Numbered from the stretch's first letter, positions 18,610 to 32,419 are shown. The stretch is 64,000 nt of DNA from Amoebidium appalachense (GCA_963693365.1 CAVNZM010000004.1:4333447-4397446), one strand, 5' to 3'. Program-made: numbers and translations. Notes: generated by a model from the letters alone, not told the origin.

Positions 18610-19536
18610 TTAGTGGCTCTCTGCAGGCCGTGTCTCACATGGGCATTCTTCGTTTTCCTCTTCGCCATCTTCGCACGGGCACTCTTCACTGCTCCCGCTC
18701 TCGGAACTGCTTGTTCGCTCAATCGACACATCCGAAAGCTCCAGCCCGTTTTCTGGGAGCACATTTTCCTGGATTTCTTTTGGGGAATCGCAAGACACTG
18801 AATCCGATGCAAGGACGCTAGCTGACGGCGAGGATGGTTTCAGAAATTTTCCCGGTTTGTAGAAGTGCGTGTAAATCCTGCTCTCAGGGTGCACCTCCAT
18901 TTCCTCCGTTTTAAATTTCCGGATCTCCTCGATTAGATCCTCAAGGTCTTTGCGGGTCTTGAACTTTGTCTTACCGTAACCCTTTCTTACGTATTTGCTT
19001 TTAGAATATGCCTTCTCGACGACCACCTCCTCGTTGAAAGAAACACGTGCTAAAGTGGTTGGTGTGCCCGGTGTGGGGGCGCTGGTTGTTGTCGTTTCGC
19101 TGCCGGTCGAGGACACAGACGACATTGTGGATTCGCTACCGTCAGAGAGGTTTTGAAAAGTTTCGCTAACTTGCCTTGAAAAAACGCAGGTGTGTGAGCG
19201 TGCAAAGGTTCCTTCTGTCTTCAGGCAGGAGCGGGCAGGTACTGCAGATGCGATCCATTTTTTCGATGTCTTCTCTCGCAAAATTCGCTCTTGCTCTTTC
19301 CTGTTTAGCCTGTCCAGAAATGCTTGTGTTGTGCGGGGAAAATGCCTAGCCAGTGTGCTAAACGTTTTGCTCTCTTCAAAGATTTCATTGAAACGTTCGA
19401 CTCCCTTTCTTTTGCCTGCACTTGAAGAGGAGCACTCGGTTGAAAACTCTATGGAACTCACTTTCGTAATGTGGTTGGCACTAAGAGTCTCGGGAAGAGA
19501 AGGGGACGAGGTCCCGGAAGCTACAAGGGTACCCAT
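18610..19536 (-). CDS. Intronless PP1 regulatory protein with a Phactr/Bni4-type C-terminal PP1-binding domain
   Basis: RVSFNEEVVV...YVRKG...EEIRKFKTEEMEVHPESRIYTHFYKP matches the Phactr C-terminus (IRF...YDRR...[25 protein letters not shown]). It has an RVxF motif and a SILK-like SCLK. A TATA-like TATATAAAA lies on the minus strand at ~19729-19737. Confidence 0.85.
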   Translation of the reverse strand: MGTLVASGTSSPSLPETLSANHITKVSSIEFSTECSSSSAGKRKGVERFNEIFEESKTFSTLARHFPRTTQAFLDRLNRKEQERILREKTSKKWIASAVPARSCLKTEGTFARSHTCVFSRQVSETFQNLSDGSESTMSSVSSTGSETTTTSAPTPGTPTTLARVSFNEEVVVEKAYSKSKYVRKGYGKTKFKTRKDLEDLIEEIRKFKTEEMEVHPESRIYTHFYKPGKFLKPSSPSASVLASDSVSCDSPKEIQENVLPENGLELSDVSIERTSSSESGSSEECPCEDGEEENEECPCETRPAESH

Positions 19537-20309
19537 ACTCGATACGAGTTTATACAACAAAACTTGACACTAACACCACCACAATTCAAGGATTAGAGAA
19601 GCATCAGAATATACAAATAAGCTATGTTTTTAGCAACTTGCTTTGTCGGCGTGAATTTGGATCCTTTGTGTGTGTGTAAAAACGTCCATCAAGGGGCTCA
19701 AATGACCAACATCGACTGAGTCTTGCCGTTTTATATATGAATCGGATCTGGACAACCCCCGATGGTGGTTGAAACGCAGGAAGCCGTGCTCCAATGAAAA
19801 CACATAACTAGAATAGTGGAATGAGATTTAAAGATGCTAACCCTGTTTAATTAATATGGTTGGTTAAATTGAATTGAAGTCACGCTTGCATTTAGTTTAA
19901 AAACTGAAATAGCTCAAATGATTGGCTGATCAATACTCTTTTTATTAGCATCCCATGCATACCCCCGAGACTAACAAGAGGAATCGCAAGACCTCAAATC
20001 CTTATAAGTATATTTAATATTTGCTAGTTTTAGGTAGATTTGAGCATAAAAAAATATTAAAAAATATAAATTAACATTATAAAAATGTTTTAAATGTTTA
20101 AAAGTTATTGTTTGTATAAAACTCATTATGCCTACATACTAAAGATGCAGTGTATTTGTTTTCAAAGTGTTTACCGAACAAATTTATCGGGGTTCTGAGT
20201 CTAGCAGGTGATACATACCGTCGACGTCACATGTTCACGGCCACTGGTCCACGCTTGTAGTATGCTGGTAGGATATATGTTCCCGTACATTTCACTGATT
20301 TTCATAAGA

Positions 20310-20515
20310 ACATATCCTTCAATAGAATTAGAGAGAGGGAGAAAAACATATTATCGAAAACAGGCCTTAATAAACTGCAAGTAATAAACCAGTTGGTCGG
20401 TGTGGACTCCGTCATCCTTGGAGCACACCGCCGGGCTATCGAGGCTCCTATCTGAGCAGGATCGGATTCGTGCACCAAAAATGACACATCCAATGGTTAC
20501 CGGTATACCATTGAT
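20310..20515 (-). mobile_element. Highly degenerate non-LTR retrotransposon RT relic
   Basis: The frameshifted translation GIPVT...ARIR...GVHTDQLVYYLQFI/RPVFDN parallels GIPFT...ARIAR...VIHPANLLLYYKTFLRPTFEY of the element at 45-47 kb. Confidence 0.45.
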
Positions 20516-21895
20516 TTGATGCAAAAGCACTTCAATATTAATTCGTTAATATTTCATTAAAATTATATTATGATTGATTGTGCTCATGTTCTAATCTCTA
20601 TTCATCAGATAAAAAGCTTTAAGTACATAGTGGCCTAAAAGGAATGGCATTGCCCCCAGGGTACATTGGCGTGTCCTAGAATCTCGTTCCTATTGGTCCG
20701 GCGGACCCACTGTTCAGTGCTACATTGGGAAAAATATTCTACTATAAAGTAAGCCCATAACCTACACATAAAAACTAAACAGAAAAGAAGTTTGTTATAA
20801 CGATTAAATTCGAGAGAGTGAGAGATGGTTTCAAAGAAGACTACACGAACCTTATCTATTACAGAAGCTGTGGTTCGCACTTCCTATTGGGTGCTAGTGA
20901 TTTTCGCTGGAATGTGGATCTTTGAAATAACAAAAGCTACTGTACTTGCTCGACGGTTGTTCGGTGAAGCCCGCCTTCAATGAATGCCCATTATAGTAGC
21001 AAAAATAAGCTAAGCTACTTAAACTTTTGAGACCTTTTTTTTTCATGGGATATCAGATAGACTAACTCTTGAAGTTACTTTCGAACTTGTGGCTTGGGCG
21101 ATACATGGCAGTTCAGATACTCACGCAGGTGATTCCAGATTGAACACAAATCATGAAGTAGTTTTGTAAATCTAGCTAAAGGCATTCTGATTGGATACAG
21201 TCCGTTCTCTCTAAGTGACCAATAAAGGCAACGGCCCACAACAACCGCCGGCGCACTTCCAGACGTCGACTTCGAGTCCCTTCTCTTCCTTCGTGTGTGC
21301 GGTCGCTTTGCAACTGTCTCTAAAGAACATTTAGGGGGTTTCACACGTGTTTTTTGGGGTGGAAAAGGGTAGTTTATGGGTTTCAACAGAAAATCTTATG
21401 CTATAATAGTATAGAGTACAGAGCGTTGCTGTTCCGTTTGCATATGTTCCCTCTTTTTGTGTGGTGCTAAGGGTTTGGTGACAGCCCGCGCGACCCTTAG
21501 TTGTACCATATCATTAAACTTCTGTGCCATATAGTTTTTTGACTCCAGAAGCCCAGATCTTGCACCTTGTATTACGCAATAGCTTAGAGAAATATCACAC
21601 GCCAGAGTTGCACCTCAAGTGCATCACCTCTTAAAGGAAACCAATTCCGAAATTCCTGTTTAGAAAAATGTCGGCCCTAGGTGTTCCCGCGCGACCTCGT
21701 TCCAGTTCCATTGGTAAGTATGCCTCACTTAGAAGCCCGCCTTAATATTCTCTGTAACGTATCCTTTATATTATTCATTTCTTTCCCTCCTTTGAATTTT
21801 GTGCCTGGAGGACCTTATTTCTCTAAGTCCTATGTTCTAGTGAGTGGTTGAGCCACGTCCCCGGAAAGTCCCTTTACTTTTCCTGTTTGAAGAAC

Positions 21896-23200
21896 ATGAC
21901 TTCTGCAAAACCTATGCGGGTGGTTAAGCTGCGTTGTGTGCCCACAGAAAACCGAAAGAATAAGGACTTGGCACTCGGGACGTCACCCGTCGACATACGT
22001 TTGGCAGGGTTTGTGCCGGTGAGTAGAAACTGCCACTTCTCTCTTTTCCTTGCTGATACCCTGAGAACTCTCTCTGTCTGTTCACGCAGGATTATGAACA
22101 ATAACGTCGCTAGGACTTGCTATGCACTTCACGCTTAACCCCCCCCTCCTCCTTTCCTCCCTTCATTGGTTTCTCCCCCCCCCCCCCCCCCCCCTCCTCC
22201 TCCTCCTCCCCCCTTCCCCCAAAACACCCAAAACACACACACATACGCAAACACCACCGCTTAATGATGTGGTTGGCTTAAGACCCCCAAGAAACAGGCT
22301 TTGTTCAAGTTGCACATCCTACGTGCTCACTCATGTACATTATATTATATTCCTCACCATTTCCCTTTGTCACTGGGTGATTGTTCTTTGTGCCGCGTGA
22401 CACATTCTAGCCCACCCTCCTCCGACTCTTGGGCATAACCCCTTGAGTTGTCTTCTGGACCTGCAGTTTACCTGCTCACTGGTGGTGTAACCTTTTCCGT
22501 GCACCACTGGAAGATATTCTTGATTATGAGGTGGTGGTGTATGTCTGGTTTCTTACGTGTGGCGTTTCAGATTTTCGGTGCTGATGAGGATGGGGGTTCA
22601 CGAACGGTAAGTGAAATATCGGCCCCCTTTTCTGTTCTCATCATTGTTTTGTGTTCTCTTGGGTCCTACACTTGTGTGCCTTTTGAGACCTTGAAAGCGC
22701 TTCAGGCTTGCCCTTAGGTTTTTTGTGTGCCGGTATTAGAGAGAGTCCACATATCCTCAACTCCAGGTGAGTTAGCACAGAAATTAAAACTGGTTTGCAT
22801 GCCAGGGATAGTACGGTGACACTATGCAAGCCAAAGAGAAAATACGGCAGTTTCCCCTCGTTTCCAATACAGTGTGTGCTCTGTTGTTCCACTCCCGTCG
22901 ATCGTTCCCTCATCCCGCGTCCATCCACCGATCTTCCTCACAGATCTTTTTCTGTCCCTGTTCTCTTTTAGCCTCTCTGTCCCCACTGCATACTCTCACT
23001 ACCACATCACACAGACATGTTGTTCCACCCATTCCCCACCTCCCCCTTCCCTCTCCCCCGCCCCCGCCCCCCGTGTGATGGCCCCTGCAAATTCTGCTTG
23101 CTCTCTGTTTGTTCGTCATGCATGCTAATTTATGGACGCTGCTTTGTTCGTCGTCGTGTCTCTCCATGTACCCCTTGCTCTCTCATTTTAGATACATGGC

Positions 23201-23235
<35 letters not shown>

Positions 23236-23542
23236 GCGCGCGCGCGCGCGTGCACACACACACACATCCTTGCCGTTAAACAAGTTCTGTCAGTCACCTC
23301 CCCGCTAACCCGCTCCCCCCCCCCCCCCCCCCCCCCCCCCTCCCCCCCTCCCCATCGTTCTTGTATCCCTTTCCAATTTCAAGGTGTGTATCGATGCTTT
23401 GTATCTGCGAGTCATTGTCTTCAACCTGTGTGTTTGAACATCTGGGTTTCTCTAGGTGTGCTTGTTCTGCACTGGGTGTGTGGGTATGTCACCGTATGTG
23501 GAATGTTCCAGTATGACCTGTCGTGCCCTGAACTCCTATCTC

Positions 23543-23580
<38 letters not shown>

Positions 23581-23612
23581 CACACACACACGCACACGCA
23601 CGCACACGCACG

Positions 23613-23656
<44 letters not shown>

Positions 23657-24079
23657 CCCACGCTTCCACCCCCTCCCTACAATGGGTACTGTGGATGAGT
23701 TTAACCCTCTCTGCAAATAGAATTTGCCTACATTGCACAATCGTTGTGTGTTTGTGTCTATGTGTGGGTGTTTCCATCATAAGCCTTGTACATCATACGT
23801 GCAGCACATCCTTAGCCCCCTTTACTGCTGAAAATGGACTCCTTTCATTCCCCCCCTTTACCCCTCTCCCCCCTCCCCCCCCCCCCCCCCAGTTTCTTAT
23901 TCCCGTCTGGTGTTTAATCGTTTTTTGCCCGTGCTGATGTACTTTCCTCTCAAGGGCATACAACATCCCCCCCCCCCCCCCCCTGCCCCCTCCCTCCGGT
24001 GCACACAGACACACCCACACAATACATCTTATTGCATGCCTTTATACCGCTAATGTTAACCGTGAGCGCGCATGCACAT

Positions 24080-24133
<54 letters not shown>

Positions 24134-26373
24134 TTCCTCCCACCAGAGCATTGGCATGAGCAACACACACACCGTACGCCGTGCTGTCCCATCCTCTCTT
24201 GTTCTCTACACACATGCCCAAAACCAACACACACATACATATCTACCCGCCACATCAACCACCGCTTCACCCAAAACATCCAATATTCCTAATATCACTT
24301 TTCCTTTACCTTTACACAGGGGGGGAGAAGCCCCCCAAGCCCCCGTCTCCGCTCTGTTTCCCCCCACGGTAGCCCCAGGAGACAACGTCGTGCCATGTCG
24401 CCATACAGTAGGGGTATGGGGGACACAAGTGCGGGGAGTGAGAGTGTGTCTGTATCGCGTGTGACTGTGCGCCCAGGCAGGAACGAGCTCGATGATAGTG
24501 AGATGGATTTGGGAAATATGCAAGGGCCTAGCATTGTGCAAGGTGTGTGAGGTGTTCGGTGCAGAATCTTCTCTCCTTCCCCCCTCTCCCTCCACACACA
24601 CATGCACGCACGCACGCATGCACGCATGCATGCACAGACGCACATACGCACGCATGCGCGCGCGCACACACACACATGCTCACACACGCAGCACACACAC
24701 ACACACACCGACATATGCATGCAGATAGGCATGGGCTTATAAATGCACGTTCGGAAGCGCGCGTGCACTCACACACACACACGGACACGCACAAGCACAC
24801 GCACACACACACGAACGGACACATCTGCACACACCTATCCTTATGCATCAACCCCCTCGAATACTGTGGATAACTTCTGCCCCCGTGAGAATGGGCTCTG
24901 CCTTTTGTGTATACTCTTTATGTGTGAGTTGCACCCTGCATTGTGTAATTGTCCGTTATGAATGTGTACTTCTTACTTGATAACACATTCTCCCCCCCCC
25001 CCCCCCTCCCCCCCCCTCCCCTCCTTTCCGCCTCTGCATTGATCCTTCCTCCCTCTCCACCCCTCTCTCCCCTCTCTTACCGTTGCCTGCACGTGCTCCA
25101 TGCAGGCCTTATCACTTTCCCTTTCTTTCCCCTCCCCCCTCCCCCCCCCCTCCCCTCCTCCCCCCTTTCTGGGGGAACAGGATGCTTTGCCATTGTCACG
25201 AATGCTATCAAAGTTGACTCTTGCAAGTAACTCGATGTGTTGCACGTTGTCATATTGTACATAGTCTTGTGCGTTTTCCTGCCCCCCCCCCCCCCAGACA
25301 TCTTTACTTCCATGCAACCGGGCATGGTTGCTCTGTGTCGTGCATCTGTAAGCACATACGCGTTTGTCGCTGCACTGCATTAGTTTGCACACACATCTTC
25401 ACCGTTTTGCTCACCTTGCTTGCATAAGCAACCCTGCTCGTCTTTGATCAAGACGGGTTGACCCACCCAAGTTCAGTTGATGCTGCTGTCTGAGTTGGAG
25501 CGTCGTATATACGCTGGCTAAGGGGTCGAAACTCAGACGCAATTGATGACTTGGGCCCTCCCTGAGGATGGGCTCTGCTTATGACACATACTGTGCGCAT
25601 GGCTGATGCTGCATACTTGAATGTTTGCCTTTGCATGTGTCCTGCACCATGCTTCTCATCGTCTATGCGTACTTCGTACTGTGTTCCGCATTCAAACCCC
25701 CCCCCCCCCAAAAAAAAAAAAAAAAGAAAAAGGGGGGGGGGGGGGGGGGTGCTCCTTTCTGACCGTTTTTAACCTACCTGTGTTTCCTGTTATTTCCTGT
25801 TATAATTGCCTTTTGGTTTGTCATTGGTATTTTCTTTTTGCTTTGCACTCAACTTTGGTGGGGCTGCTGGCTGGAGAACACTCATGCAGTATGTGGCACA
25901 TTCACGGTTTCTCGGTTTTTTTAGCGGGTGGGCGGGCAGGCTGGCTGGTGTGTAAGTGTTTTCTGATGTCGTGTGGGGTGTTGAAGGGGTGGGATGTACG
26001 TGGTCGGTGTTTGTTGTTAGTCAAGATAGATTTCGTTTCGGTTGGATCATCCACCTTAGGCAACTGACGAGCGCATGAGGGGGAGAGGAATAGCAGTTCT
26101 GCTGCTACGGTGTATGAGTGGCCTTGTGTGGGTTTTGGGAAGTTCATGCATGCATGCAGTTGCTGAGTGCGAGTGTGTGCTGCGTCTTATGAGAGAAGAT
26201 TTATTGTGTGAAGTGCATGGTGTTTTTTGTTTGCGATGTTGGTTGGTCCTTGCTCTTGTAGACACAACTCTGTTTCTGTGTCGGTCACATTTCCAAGGAA
26301 AAAGGCCAGCAGTCCACTCACTTCTTTTATCATGATATGGAAGAGAAGTGTTGTGTTCTAGGCATGCACGCGC

Positions 26374-26408
<35 letters not shown>

Positions 26409-26441
26409 ACATCTCTATATACACACACATACATCTCTATG

Positions 26442-26498
<57 letters not shown>

Positions 26499-26694
26499 CA
26501 CCACACACATCTCTATGTACACACACATACATCTCTGTGCACGCACACGCACACGCACACGCACGCGCGCACACACACACACGCAAACACGCACGCACGC
26601 GCGCACACACACACACACATATACACGCACGTACGCACGCATGCACGCGCGCATCTGCATGCACACATCTATACACGCAGACACAAACACACAT

Positions 26695-26745
<51 letters not shown>

Positions 26746-27552
26746 AGGCTGGCAGTCCATTCTCTCCTTTGTGCTCGATCTAGAAGACATCACCATTCCG
26801 TCCCTCCCCCTCCCCTCCCCCTCCCCCCCCCCATCTGAGTTGGGTTTCGTTACCGAGGGGAATAGGTCGAAACTCGGGTACTGTGGATGACGTGGGCCCC
26901 CCCTGAGGATGGGCTCTGCTTATTATGCATACTCTTTATGTATGGCTTGCATTCTGCATCGTGTTATCCGTTTGTTCTTGTGTACTTCGCACTTTTTGAC
27001 GCATTCAAACCCCCCCCCCCCCCCCCCCCCCCCGCCCCGCGCCTCCCCTCTTTGCCCCCTTTGCTTTTCCTTTTTTCTAACAGAACATATACGACACAGA
27101 CCTTGCACCCAGTGCGGAGCTAGAGATAGGCATACCTTCTACAGTCAGTTCCCGTCTGTCCAGAATCGGTGAAAGTAGGCCGGCATTCAAGCTGCCACCA
27201 CCAGGTTGGTTGCTTGTTCTCTTGTGTTTTTCCTTCGCTTCCACCCCCCTCCGTGACTTTTTTCTCCTCTGTTGTTTTTTGCTTTTTCTTTTTGAAGTGT
27301 GTGTATGTGTGTGTGTGTTTTTTTTTTTTTTTTTTTTTTTTGGGGGGGGGGGGGGGGGGGAGTGGGGGTTGCATGAGGGGGGGGGGGGGGGGGGGGGGGG
27401 CTTTGTTGGCTCGTTTTTTTTTTTTCTTGAGCGAATGTATGTGTGGTATTTTGGGCTGTCTGACGTTTGGGGTGCTTAGTTTCAATGGGCCTATGGTGGT
27501 GGTGTTGTGTTTGTTTGTGTGTGTGTGTGTATGCATGCATGTGCAGCACGCG

Positions 27553-27619
<67 letters not shown>

Positions 27620-28373
27620 AATGGTATGGGGGATGGGGGGGAGGGTTGAGAGGATATATTTCTGGTCCCGATGACTAGTGTTTGGAGCGTGCTTAGGGTA
27701 ATGTCCAGGTGTGGTGTATTTTGTGTCCACGTAAACGACCAAGACTAGCTGTGTGTCTCATGTACATAGGTATCGTGCATGGGGTATGTTGTGCAGGTGA
27801 ACGTCTGCGTCTGTGCCGGTGGGTTGTTTTTGGTGTGATTTTTGGCCACCCGTTTGTGCGTGTATATGTGTGTGTGTGCCTATGTGTGTGTGTGTGTGTG
27901 TGTGCATGTGAGTATCCCTTGTGCATGCCCGTGTATACACCTGTGTGCCCACCTGTAAGTATCCTTCAACACATACATGGCGTGTGAGTGATCATGATCG
28001 TATACATCCGCTCTTTTTCAAATCCAAGCTGACATTTCCGTACACCTCGTACCACGCACAGAGAGAGCACACATTATGGACACAGACACAATTCTCTCTT
28101 CGTCATGTCCAGTCAATGCAGACACAAAACCGGAAGTCTACAAGTGGCCCGTACCAGAGGTATGTGAACCTCCCCCCACCCCCCCCCCCCCCCCCCCCAA
28201 CAAAAAAAAAAGACCCAAGTCTTGATGTCGTTGGCATATGTGCTATAACCAAGTTGTTGTTTAACCTTTCCCATCACTTGCTCTCTTCTGCTCTGTGTGC
28301 ACCCCTCTCTCACCACCTTGTTTATGCGTTATTGAACCTATGAATGCATCGACATATCGACTAGTGTGGTGTG

Positions 28374-28455
<82 letters not shown>

Positions 28456-29438
28456 CGCGCGCGCGCCGCGTCCGCGCGCCAATGTGTGTGTGTATGTGTG
28501 TGTGTAAGTGTGTGTACGTGTGTTTGTTGGGGATCTGGACACGACAGCACGAGAAGGGGATTGTCAGGATAAGATAGAGAGCAGGGGGCGGGGGGGAGGG
28601 GGTAGGGGGGGAGGGAGGTGAAGAGAGAGAGGGGGGGAGAGTATGTATGTATGTTTGGGGGTGGGGATGGTAGTGGTGGTTGGGGGGGGACGGGGGGGGG
28701 GGGGGGGGGGGGGGGGGACTTGTTGGGGTCATCTGGGAATACTTCAAAAAATATTAAGTAGCAGTACCCGCTGTCACTCTTAAGTATTCACCCCTCTTAC
28801 ATGCACCCAACCCACCCCACCACCCCACCACACACAAACATACAAACATCTATTCAGGGCGATGCGCGGTCAACGCACGAATGGCTATTTGGCGGCCGCT
28901 TATGGGAGCTGGCGCAGAAACGAAAACGCGAAACGGGAACTGCAACACCCACATACATTCTCAGTGCGTCAAACACGCCAATAGTGCAACACAGCCAACC
29001 CATAAACATGCGCGCAGGGCTAGGTCACACGGCGGCGGATTTAATGGCGAGGGATGAGGATTTACCCGGGGATGACGTCACTGATAGCGATAGCGACGTG
29101 GAGATGGCTGGGGTTAAGCAGGGGGGAAACGGGGTAAACTCCGGATCAGGACAGTTTAAGGAGGGAGGCTGCGCCGCTGGGGTTGGGGTTTCGGTGGTGG
29201 GGGTAGGCGTAGGGGTAGGGGTGGGAGGATGTGTTGGAGCTGGTGTAGACGTACACAGACACGTACAGCAGGAAAGGGTGGATGCAGGGGAGGGGGAGAT
29301 GGAGGTGGAGGTGGGTGGAGAGGGGGGGGGACGGGGGGGAGGAGGGGCCGTGGCAAAAGATGGTTGACTTGGACAGTTCGGTGGTGGGGCTGGAGACGGT
29401 GGCACCGGCGGAGGATAAGGATATACCTATGGCTGCAG

Positions 29439-29512
<74 letters not shown>

Positions 29513-29775
29513 AAAGGGAGTGGGGGGGGGGGGGGGGGGGGTTGTATGTTTTGTTTTGGGGGGGAGGAGGGGGGAGGATTGAGAGAGAAAGATGGGTGGA
29601 TGGGGGGAGGGGGAGGGGGGAGAGAGGAAGGGGAAGTGATGGTGATGATGTGTTTGGAAGAGAAAGGGGGAAGAGGAGGACGGGGGAAGGACGGGACGGG
29701 CAGTGAGGAGGAGGGGGATGGTGCGGAGGGGGGGGGGAGTGAAGGAGGATCTTCGTGAAGGTCGGGCATGTGAAA

Positions 29776-29830
<55 letters not shown>

Positions 29831-29902
29831 GTTTATTGTGGGTGCTAGGGGGGAGGAGGGGGAGGGGGGTAGAGAGGGAGAGGGATGGGTGATGGTGTGT
29901 GT

Positions 29903-29933
<31 letters not shown>

Positions 29934-30681
29934 GGAGAAGACGGAGAGGGAAGTTGTGGTGATGGTGTGTTTTGGGAGAGACAGAGGGAAGGGGAGGAGA
30001 GGGCAAGGACGGGAACAGGGCCGTGAGAAGGGGAGGGAGGGGGGGGGGTGGTGGGGGGGGTGGTGGAGGTGATGCTGCGGAAGGAGGGAGTGAATGGGGA
30101 TATTATGTAGCTCGGGCATGTGCGTGCGTGCGCGCGTGCGGGCGTGCGTGCGTGCGTGCAAACATGTTCGTGGATTGGTGCTTGGGCTTGAATGTGTTTG
30201 TGTGCATGTGTACACATACTCCTCAACCACTCTTTCATGCACACACACGCAAGGGCATGACACATCATCTGCTGCACATTATCTGAATATATCGTCTACC
30301 CAAACCCCTACACATGCACCCAACATGGGTGCTTGCAGGCGTTTGCCACATCCCCCCCCCCCCCTACCCCCCCTACCCCCCCCCCCCCCCCCCCCCCCCC
30401 GTCCGCCCCACCACCACCACCACCTAGGCCCTCCGTTTTCTCTGCACACACACCTACAGTGTACACAAACACACACACGTGGGTGGGATGGGGGTGGGGT
30501 GGGGTGTGCAAGCGTGCGCACGTGTGTGCCATGTGTACATCTGCATGTGTGCTTGCGGGCAGGCAGGCAGGCGTGTGGGCGGGCGTGCGGGCGGGGGGAG
30601 CAATGTGCGTGAGGTGGTGGTGGTGGTGGGAGTGTGTGTGTGTTCGTGGTGGTGTTTTGTGGTGGTGGTGGTGGTGGTGGT

Positions 30682-30717
<36 letters not shown>

Positions 30718-30832
30718 ATGATTTCCGATATTGCACAGGGCTGATCATGAATGTGGCCCCACCCAGGAGTTGACTGAGGGCATATTCCGGATGGAGGAAG
30801 ACCGGAGAGAACCAGTCGACACTGGCTCATAG
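21896..30832 (+). CDS. Hypothetical multi-exon protein, largely low-complexity (S/R-rich and acidic); model incomplete
   Basis: Candidate exons with canonical sites: 21896-22018, ~22090-22114 (needs error correction), 22467-22530, 22571-22606, 22718-22766, 24320-24542, 27084-27204, 28029-28159, 28858-29440, ~30747-30832. Several consecutive joins are phase-compatible (22530>22571>22718; 27204>28029>28858); others are not. Confidence 0.55.
24866..24990 (+). repeat. Dispersed SINE-like repeat family A, copy
   Basis: CTGTGGATAAC...TGAGAATGGGCTCTG...ATACTC...GTACTTC...ACACATTC followed by poly(C). Confidence 0.75.
25520..25700 (+). repeat. Dispersed SINE-like repeat family A, copy
   Basis: GGTCGAAACTC...GGGCCCTCCCTGAGGATGGGCTCTGCTT...TTCCGCATTC followed by poly(C); close to the 63.4-kb copy. 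Confidence 0.8.
26860..27010 (+). repeat. Dispersed SINE-like repeat family A, copy
   Basis: GGTCGAAACTCGGGTACTGTGGATGAC...CTGAGGATGGGCTCTGCTT...GCATTCAAAC followed by poly(C). Confidence 0.8.
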
Positions 30833-31950
30833 CACCACCCCTCTTACGCACTGTGACGTGACACAACATATCGTAGGTTATAACATGTCTATGTCTTTCC
30901 CTTTTCGCTCTTGTAGTATGATTCGGGTTCTGCTTTCTTGGCGCCCATGTGTGGTATATTTGCGAATTCTTCCTCTGTTTTGTGTGTATGCGTGTCAGAA
31001 AAATGCAACGCCTTCAATGAGCATGCTAATGTATGAATGTTTGGGAATCGACTTCACTGCACTCGACCTTTTCAAGTGAACACAATGTTACAAAACATTC
31101 ATCATGTCTACATAGTTGGGTCGTTTCCGGGCCCCCATCTCTGTTCCCCCCTCCTTGTTGTCTTGTTCTTTTCCGGTCTAATCCAAAAGAAAACACCATA
31201 TTTTGGGATCCGATTGAACTGTGTACATAGAAGGTTAAGTGACTGTCACATACATTTTTATATCTGTTCACATTTGCGAATGTGTCTGGTGTTCGTCGTG
31301 TGTTAACAACACACGTTTACATCGTAGGCTCACTGTCCTGTTTTCAGGAACATGTGCGTAGAATATTCGACGGTGCTCATGTATGGGGTGCCTTCTAAGT
31401 TTACTATCTATAGTCTAATGTTGTTGTTTGTTGGAAGTCAGGAATACGTGTCATGTTTGAGTGCAAGAGGCAGCGTAACAAGCTGGCCTAGCGCATCTGA
31501 ATATGAATATGAATATGAATACCGTATGAATACGTATTCATAAAGCAGTATGGAGTAGAACTTCAAATTGGCTGCCATTCAACAAAGTAACTAATCAAAT
31601 GTTGGTCATGCGTTGGGCTTCAGGCTTTGTAAAGACGTTTTGTAAATTCACAAATGTTCGTATCCGGCAAAACGGTGTACATGTGTGGTTTACGTGTTGT
31701 ATGTAGCTTCTCTGTTTTTCTCTGCACAGGGAGCAGGTCAGACTCTGGGTTTGGTGGGAAAAAACAGAAGGTCATTAAATAATATGTGAATACAAGACTG
31801 CGAGAATAAACCCGCAGCAGCTAAATGATCATGATTGCCTGAACTCCATTTCGAGTAAATGTGAGCTCATGTTCGTACACACGAGTCCGAGATGCATCAA
31901 GCTAAGCTTATTACATAGGTTGTGTGAGTGAGTGACTTTTTTTTTTTTTT

Positions 31951-31981
<31 letters not shown>

Positions 31982-32419
31982 CATCGTGACACGTGTTTGA
32001 CGCCGCAGTAGCTGGGTGCCATAAAGCAACTGCGCTGTGCATACAATGCCGGCACGCGGAGTCATGAGGGTTGGGCCTGAAAGTTTCTCTTGTTTTGCCC
32101 AGGGCTCGAAAGTAATGCACGGTTTGGTCACGGAGATAGGTATATTAGTTTCGTTTCCTCCATTTCTGGACCGCCAGACCGTCCTGTGCGGATGTCTAAA
32201 TATGAAATACCCTGTTGGTTTGTACTACGTGTTTGAACTCAAGGGGTACTTCTGACGTTTCAGATGCAATATTTTGACCCTGACTAACACGCCTAAACAT
32301 GCAGCATGCTCGTTTTACCGGACGGCTATTCGAGCCAAGCTGGCCATGGCCCAGCACATCGATATCCCTGGGACTACTATCATGATCCATTTTTTTTCCT
32401 TAGGCTCTTAGCCCTGCTT

